This document shows, in pieces, positions 56,226 through 64,000 of a DNA stretch of 64,000 nt. The stretch's first letter is position 1. Every line of letters begins with the position of its first letter. The position numbers and the translations under genes were made by a program. The DNA is from Octopus vulgaris. Taxonomy: Eukaryota. The DNA is taken from contig OX597829.1 of assembly GCA_951406725.2 (NCBI GenBank), positions 35,402,001 through 35,466,000 on the forward strand, in the 5' to 3' direction. The notes under the pieces are model-generated. The model was not told the DNA's origin. It did not search any database and was given only the letters and a program-made list of their open reading frames with translations.

Positions 56226-56620
56226 TGTATATTTTACTTGTTTCGGTCATTTGACTGCAGCCAAACTTGGGTACCGCCTTGAAGGGTTTTTATTCGAAGA
56301 AACCGGCCCGGGGATTTATTTCTTAAAGCCTGGTACTTATCCTGTCGATCTCTTTTTCCAAACTGCTAAGTTACAGGTATATAAACACACCAACACCAGT
56401 TGTCAAGCGGCGGTGGGGAGTCAAACACAAATACAAAGACGTGAACACACACGGGCACAAACACTCACACACACATATACAATGGACTTCTTCCAGTTTC
56501 CGTCCACCAAATCCTCTCACAATGCTTTGATTGGTCCGGGGCTATAGTAGAAGACATTTGCCCAAGGTGCCATGCACTGAGACTGAACCCGGAACCATGT
56601 GGTTAGGAAGCAAGCCTCTT
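56226..56620 (-). mobile_element. SINE family A, diverged
   Basis: Reverse-complement similarity to 6995-7435. Confidence 0.85.
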
Positions 56621-56639
56621 CTCGGACGGAAGCCATACT

Positions 56640-57652
56640 GTGTATTGTTCAGCAGGTCATTTTCTTCTAGGAACATTATCAACTTCTTTCTGATAATTCG
56701 CTCCATGACTTTGTTCATATATGAAGTCAGAGAGCTTGACCTGTACTTTTTAGATTCCGTTCATGACGAATTTCGTCAAGGCCATGGACAAAAAAGTCGC
56801 TGCCTTTCACTACTTGTGCACTCTGTATCCAGCTATGATTTCTGCTAAGCTGAAGGAGGGGATCTTCGGTGGACATCAGATCCGAGAAGTGCTGAAAGAT
56901 AAGGACTTTGAGGAGCTTCTTACCTTAAAGGAACTGAGAGCATGGGAAGTATTTAAGTCAGTCTGCCATGGCTTCCTTGGTAATACACGGGTACTAGATT
57001 ACCAAGTGTGTATAGAGAAGTTGTTACAGTCTTATGAGGATATGGCATGCTGGATGTCACTCAAAATTCACTTTCCCTACTCCCACTTCAACTTCTCTTT
57101 GAAGCTCAGAGCAGTGACGGATAAGTATGGAGAACAGTCCCATCAATATATTACTAAGATGGAGAGCAACTACCAAGGCAAGTGAAAAGCCAGTATGATG
57201 GAGGACTTTTGCTGAATGCTGCTGCGTGACATCCCGAAGCTTGTGATAGTGGCTGTCCGAGTGACCGTGGGCATGTCCAAGAGGGCTATTATGAACAGTA
57301 ATGGTCCCAGAACAGTTTCCTGGGGGGGGGGGCACCACTTAGGATTTGAGTTCAAAAACTCACTTGTCTGCTGTACTATGATTTGTGTGTATTGTATCAT
57401 CCAAGTAATTTAGTTCCATCAATATTCTGTAATACCCCTTTGTAACAAATGAATTAAACGCATTATATTTTGAATTTATATGCAGTATAATTAAAATTGG
57501 ATATGTGGAAGCCAAAAAAAAAAAAAAAAAACTAGAGGAGACAGAGCAAAACTGTTCAGAAAATTGAAATCACCACATAGAAATTAGTAAAAAATCCCCT
57601 ATTCACATCCTTGGTTCAGAGAAAAAAGAAAAAAAAGTTTTCTAAACCAGTG
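56640..57652 (+). mobile_element. Chapaev3-like (CMC) DNA transposon 3' part, with an inserted ~95 bp CR1 RT fragment (57240-57338, minus)
   Basis: MTNFVKAMDK, AKLKEGIF.G.QIR, GFLGN, MSLKIHF..SH, GEQSHQ.I..ME..YQGK. Terminus ...aaaccagtg. The insert reads QETVLGPLLFII. Confidence 0.8.
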
Positions 57653-57789
57653 CTATTAGCATCACACATTTATCTATTTCAAACTTCTTACTAATGTCGT
57701 TACTCACAACTCTCAATTTAGTCTAATACATCTAAAACTTTCTCACTATTGACAAATAATTTCAGGTCATTCAAAAAACAGGTGGTTTA

Positions 57790-58110
57790 TTTTCTCATTA
57801 CTTCTAAATTCGTAGCTTGATTTAAACTTCTCTCAAAGTTATGAGCAACTACGAATAGCATCGGTAAGAGTGTATCATATTGAAATATTGCACTTCTTAT
57901 GCTTACCTCACCTAACTTATTTTGACCTGATATTAGCTCAGCTTTCCATTTCACATACTGTTGTGTAAGAGCCGAACAACATCCTCTACTATACCAAATA
58001 TACTGAGGCATCCTTGGATCTATGAGTGTGGCACGTTATGCCTTTTGGCAATCAATCCATGCAGTTATTAAGTATGTCTTCTCACATTTGACTTTTCGGA
58101 AGACTTGTTC
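57790..58110 (-). mobile_element. R4/Dong RT fragment, closely similar to 22494-22693
   Basis: QQYVKWKAELISGQNKLGEVSIRSAIFQYDTLLPMLFVVA. Confidence 0.8.
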
Positions 58111-58111
58111 A

Positions 58112-58405
58112 TTTATGTGTGTATTGTATTATTCAAGTAATTTAGTTATATCTATGTTCTTTATCTATGCTGTTTTTTTTCCTGCAATATCCCTTTGTGA
58201 CACATGAAATAAACATATTATATTTAGAATTTATATGCAATATAATTAAAATGGGATATGTGAAAGCAAAAAGAAAAAAAAAACTTGAGAAGAAAGAGCC
58301 AAACTGTTCAGAAAACCGAAATCACCACATTAAAATTAGTATAAAAAAAAACAACCTATTCACATCCTTGGCTCAGAGCAAAAAAAAAAGTTTGGTAAAC
58401 CAGTG
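58112..58405 (+). mobile_element. Second Chapaev3-like right end, a diverged direct copy of 57380-57652
   Basis: Ends gtaaaccagtg|tta. Confidence 0.75.
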
Positions 58406-59659
58406 TTATTAATGGAAGGCTAATGCATTTATTTCGCCTGGATCATCTCTGAACATGGTATTTGTTTTACTTTTGGGGCATAGAGAGATTTCCCTTCTGC
58501 AATTCTGAAATAGTGTGACCATGCTCTCCACTGTCAAAGCGTATCATTCAAATACTGGGTTATTGTTATAAAATATTTCCATAGCCAAAATAATTTCTTC
58601 TTTTGTTTTTTGATACTTTTATAGTAAACTCCTTACGTTATCAATAATTACCAGGTTTGATTTGTGTTGTGAAACATTATGCATTATAATGTCTCCTTAC
58701 AGATACACAATCAGCTGATGAGGGTGAGGGACTGATATAAAGTAACAAACTTTTCAAGTTTCATGTTTGCAGCCAGGTGTGTAAATTATGCATTTGTCTC
58801 AATTTTTTTTCAGTGCACAAACAGGCTTCTAGTTCATTGATGAAGCGTGGATTTTATTTTTGGGTACTTGTAATATATTATTAATACCATAATTGGGTAT
58901 AATGCTCATTGTGTTCTGTTTGGTGATATTTTTTATAAAGTGTTCAAATATTTTATAACCAGGGTGATTTTTGTCCTTGTAATATACTGTTGTATTTATT
59001 GTGTTAAATTTACTTCTGTATTGTTCTATAGTTTGGTCTGCTAAATTATTTGACTAACCACATATATGTGGTTGTTTTATTCTCTAAATTTCATTTTGTT
59101 GCTTTTTGTGGCTAAAAATTTGTAAGATCTTTTGCATAGTGATGCTATACTAATGAGGGCAGCTACTAATACAGAAATATGAAAAACTCTTTATACAAAA
59201 GTTAAAAATGTAGCTTAAATGTTTTTTCAACTAACTATTTTATGTCTAAGTACTGCCTATACGTATCTAGTTTACCATGTTTAAAGTTGACGACGGATTC
59301 TCCGTCGGTTTCGACGATGAGTAATCATTTGTTTGATTAAGTGAACTTCATGTTAACGGAGCATTCCTGAGACAGGGGTACACTTTATATAATTTTTGGT
59401 CGAACTATTGTGACCTAATGTCACAAAGTCGAATCTGAATATTTAATAAAATCCATCGGACGGGTTTCATACAGTTTCCGCCTACCATCATTAATTTACG
59501 AGGTTATGGTTAAGGAGAGACTGGAATAAAAAAAAAACATACTAAAGATGTCATGCGGTGAGATTAAACCAGGTATTTCATGAAGCATCCGTATTTACTG
59601 AACTAATATACATATATTGCATGCACGAATTAATGCATGAATACATGAATGCATGATGC

Positions 59660-60809
59660 GCGGTGGCTACTTGAGAATAACACTTTAATTTAAGGGGAAA
59701 AAAATATTCATTAGAAAATCAAAATATTTTAATAGAATTTGATACACATGTTCTTACATACACACAACAGAATGGTTATTTAGTAAAACCGTCATAAACC
59801 TTTATTTACTACCACGTGATTTTTCAAAATCAATGTTAGCCATGACATCACCAATGACAGACATTAACTAGTCCTTGGTATTATGGGCATGCTTGTGGTC
59901 TCCCTTTCAAAGACACCCCAGACATAAAAAATCCCAGCGGGATTTAATTCAAGAAAGTTAGGAGGCCGGGAAAGCATGATCATAAAAATTTTCAGCCAAC
60001 TACTGGACCATGCAGGCTGTATGAGAGTAAGCATAGTCTTGCTGGAACTGACACGGCCTCTATCCAGAGACATTCTTCATTGTCTCGACATAGGTTGCCG
60101 CATTGATCCTAAGACTTTGTGGGAAAAGGAGAAGTAGCATGACATGACCCTCATTGCTCAAGACTACCAAGACCATCACAGATAATGAGAACTTGGTTTT
60201 CATAAAAGTGGGGGCTTCAGTGGATTTGGTGAAGAGCCATCTGTCAATCCTTCTGCTCACTTTTTTATCTTGGACAAAGCTCTTCTTTTCTGAGAAGAAT
60301 TAGGGCATGTGGGTTTCTCGAGATACCTGGTTTTGTTTAGCAAGCACATCAACCAAGTCACGATTCTCTCGGCTCTTATTGGACACGAACTGTCCTTTTG
60401 GCATAAAAACAGAGTTTTACCTGATATCCTTTGTGCACCCGATGTCTAATCATTGATTCTATTAAGTGGAGATAATTAGCAATGGCCCTCATTGACTTGC
60501 CGGGATTCCCCTTGATGATGCCCTGGGCACACTCGACTCTTCCCATAATGTCTGACGGTAAAATTTTTTTATGGCCATAGAAGAAACATTCCCGCCATAT
60601 CTTAAACGCGAAGGAAATAGCGTCACCTAAGAAGGCTGCAATCTCAGAATCATTGTGGTTGATGGCCAAGGTGGGGAGAGCGACATGTCTTTTCATCGGC
60701 GCAGTTAGATTCAAAGCTTCCATATTTAGAATGAAAAAGAGAGAGTGTTGAAAGTTTGGATCACTTACGGTTCTTAAAACTTTTGCCCTCAAATAGCTGA
60801 TGCACCCTG
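59660..60809 (-). mobile_element. Tc1/mariner-superfamily transposon, probably maT/DD37D-like, decayed
   Basis: Begins TA|CAGGGTG. Motifs FFSEKKSF, KTKFSLSVMVL..NEG, FQQD, PPN..ELNP..FYVWGVFERET. Confidence 0.8.
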
Positions 60810-61642
60810 TACATGTATATATGCTTAAATATATACTAGACGCAACCAGGGGTATATGTGGTAAGGGTAAATTATTCATTGAATATACGATAAATAAATT
60901 TCTGACATCAGTCCTAGAACTATTAGCATTATTAAATAATTGATTATTCTTCTGAGCCTTTATTCAAGCTATTAATGATACTCGCCTCAGTCTTCCAGTC
61001 ACCATGCAGAAAAATATTGAAAAAGTAAACAAAATCTTTTCAGCTGGGCTTATAGAAGAAAGCGAAAAAATAAAATATGTAATGAACTTCAGTTGTTATA
61101 AAATAGTTAAAGAAGAACCCTCTTCTTGTATGATAAGTACGACAACATACTGGGTTGAAGTATACGTCAATTTAAATAATTTTGCATCAAGAAGCGAAAT
61201 TTATTGAACGCAAGAAAGAAGTTACTTACTGAAGTTTTATTCTAAAAAAAATTATATGTATAGTTTTACTCCTCAAAATGTAAACACTGCACACCGCAAC
61301 AAAGCAAATTCCTACAATCACTGTATACCTGGTAAGTAATTTGACCACTTTATAGCTATTATACTATCGTGCAATCAGACTAGTCGTATACATGCTATCA
61401 GAAAATGGTAACAACAGAATGGCAATAAAAAAAATATATATCACTAGCTTTTACATGTAATTATTAGAGCAGTTGCATATATCTCAGCATCAGTCATGAG
61501 AAGCAAGCTTCTCAAATTCGAAATGGACACACATTTTCAAATACTATGTGCAAGCGTTAAAATATACACAATTTATCAAAGCACATGTAATATTTACCGT
61601 TTTTGTTATTCACATGCATGCATACATACATGCATGTATACA

Positions 61643-61675
<33 letters not shown>

Positions 61676-61879
61676 GCATGCATGCATACATACATGCATA
61701 CATACATATGGTATGTATGTATGTATGTATGTATGTATGTATGTATGCATGCATGTATGTATGCATGCATGCATATGTATGTGTGTATGTATGTATGTAT
61801 GTATGTATGTATGTATGTATGTATGTATGTATGTATATATGTATGTACGTACCATATGTAGGGTGTGCGTTTGCAATCA

Positions 61880-62575
61880 AAGAACAGGAAATATCAGCCA
61901 AGTACCTGATGCACATAAGGGTTAGAGATGCAGGAAAAGGCGTAAAATGTGGCAACTGATGAAGACTTTGTGGAGTTCTCACTGAAGACATCACTCACAT
62001 CATAAGTAGTTGTCCGAAAATATCACCACGGTATTATCTATCAACGAGACATGACATTGTATAATGAAATTTGTCGGAAGTATAATTACTGAGGACAAAG
62101 AAATATAAACCCACAATATGGTAGAAGCCATAGCCACTCATAATGAAAAGGAGTACTGGTGGAGTGTACCAGTGAATACCTCAATAAAGTGTAAGTACTT
62201 CAGATCTGATATAATGATTTGGGATAGAGAAAAGAAGCTGCGCATGGTTGTGGAAATTAGCTGCCCAGCGGATGTTAACATAAAGCTGAAGATCAGCGAA
62301 AAAGATAACATCTGTGCTGAACTGTTGAGAAACCTGCAGTTACTCTATTCAGATTACAAGTTCAGCTCTATACCTGTAATTATTGGGGCCCTGGGATATG
62401 TAATAAAATGCCTAAATATCAATCTTGAGAAACCAGGAAAGAGAAAGCTAATTCGAAAACTACAGATCCAATCTGTCTCTTGAACGGTAAAAATCTGTAA
62501 AACTTTTCAGAAGTTTATCATTTAAATATATATGAGCATGCAACTATATGCATGAGAATACATGCATAAAACTTA
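61880..62575 (+). mobile_element. R4/Dong-clade LINE 3' fragment between (TATG)n and (CATA)n tracts
   Basis: RLCGVLTEDITHIISSCPK, RHD, SDIMIWDREKK..VVEISCPAD, IPVIIGALG. Confidence 0.88.
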
Positions 62576-62779
62576 AAAATCTGCACATACATACATACAT
62601 ACATACATACATACATACATACATACATACATACATACATACATACATGCATATTCTGTTGTTGATTTTGAAATTCCAATGAAGGAGCCTTGGATCTAGG
62701 TTAGAAAACGGTTCTTTCTCTATTGGCAAAAAATCGTGAAATAAACGGAATAGTGACATACATACATACATACGTATAT

Positions 62780-64000
62780 CTAAGCTGCACCCTCACTGCA
62801 GGAGAAAAGCCATTTGAAATGATTCATTATTGATGTCATGTGATGCCTTTATATGACGTTTAAGCCCAGTCAAGTTTTACATACTGGCTGGCAGGAGAAA
62901 AATGTGCCACCGTATGCACTCTCTTAACATGTCTTTTCTGACCCCCAAAAGAGAGGTATACTCTTCCACATTTTACACATATTCTGTCGTGAATTGTAAT
63001 AGTCACATCACTGTTTATCATGGGTCAATTCCTGTGAGATTTTTGACGGCTGACCTGGCCTGCACGATTCAAACACCTCCTCTCACAAACCACATACACA
63101 AAAAGCAACACTCTAAACTCTTCACAAGTTCCCTCCTTCTAAACTCCCTCCTAATTTTCTCATACTTCACTCTCTCCCTCTCAAACCCCAAACAACCACT
63201 GTGCAGTGCCTTTCACCATCCATCCCGATCCTATGCGTCTCTCTTCCAATCATCAACTGAAATTCCTGTCTGTATTGGAGCATTTTTAAGGCAAGCATTA
63301 AACCTTAGTTTAGGCCTATGCGCTGGTCTCTTGCCGTCTTCCAGCTTACCATACAATAGCTGCTTGGGCAGTCTCTCATCACTCATCCTTACCAAATGTC
63401 CCCTCCCACTTCAAACGTCTTTGCAGAAACATTGACTCTATACTTCTACTGCTACTCCGCTCAAGCACCTCCACATTATTAATGGCCATTTTCCAGTTTA
63501 TTTCCCAAATTCTTCTCAGACAGTATTGATGGTATTGATCCAGTTGCCTACATGCCTACGGTTTATAACCCATTTCTCGCTTTTATATAGCAAAGATGAC
63601 AGGACGCATGTGTTATATACCTTAATTCTAATTTTTGTAAATATATTACGTCATGTCCACAGACGCCTATCAAGCGTACCGAAAACACTAATAGCCCTGC
63701 TGATCCATATGAAATTTCATCATCAAGACTACCAGTGCTCAAGGTACTGCATAAAAAAATAAATCTAGACAGTTTCTAACCAGTTATAAAAGGTTCCACA
63801 TACATCTTGGAGGGAGTGGGCTGGTACATTATAACAGTTTTTTCCAGATTGATCGTTTGACCCAATGCTGCACATGCTGTAGAAATCACATTCAGCATGT
63901 ACTGCATATCTTTCTGGAAATGAGCCAACAGGTTACAATCATCTGCATACAGGAAATCAATGAGGTGAGAATGCAGAAATTACGTTTTTACATAGAGTCT
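62780..64000 (-). mobile_element. RTE-clade (BovB-like) LINE, RT to 3' end, decayed; runs off the window edge
   Basis: DFLYADDC, CLRRI..INW, NVEVLER, RLPKQLLYGKL..GKRP..RPKLRF. Confidence 0.9.

Noticed and set aside
62665-62720. CCAATGA...gcct/aggt hairpin...GAAA in a cassette between (CATA)n tracts
   Set aside because: Two core substitutions and weak stems I and III; it may be HHR-derived but is unsupported.

Overview
AT-rich, microsatellite-saturated eukaryotic DNA. The repeat landscape suggests a coleoid cephalopod, probably Octopus (inference). I cannot support any intact host gene or exon, and nearly all ORFs in the track are microsatellite artefacts or decayed transposon coding sequence. 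The window is a mosaic of: decayed LINEs (R4/Dong-type with restriction-like endonuclease, CR1, RTE); a Penelope-like (PLE) GIY-YIG fragment; several tRNA-derived SINE families; DNA transposon relics (hAT, mariner, Tc1, maT-like, Chapaev3-like, Helitron, MITEs); and a ~550 bp non-coding element usually found next to (TAA)n. The main hidden signal is about 11 type I hammerhead-ribozyme (HHR)-like motifs on both strands. They have dissimilar stems but a shared core (YYGAN(G/U)A...GAA(A)...NUH), short and often palindromic stem III, and a very variable stem II. Most lie in short non-coding cassettes inserted in or next to (TA)n or other microsatellites, and one cassette forms a PLE-style inverted plus direct duplication. 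Together they look like a diverse family of microsatellite-targeted, ribozyme-carrying non-autonomous retroelements (PLE terminal-repeat or retrozyme-like). All structures were paired by eye; none was computed or tested.
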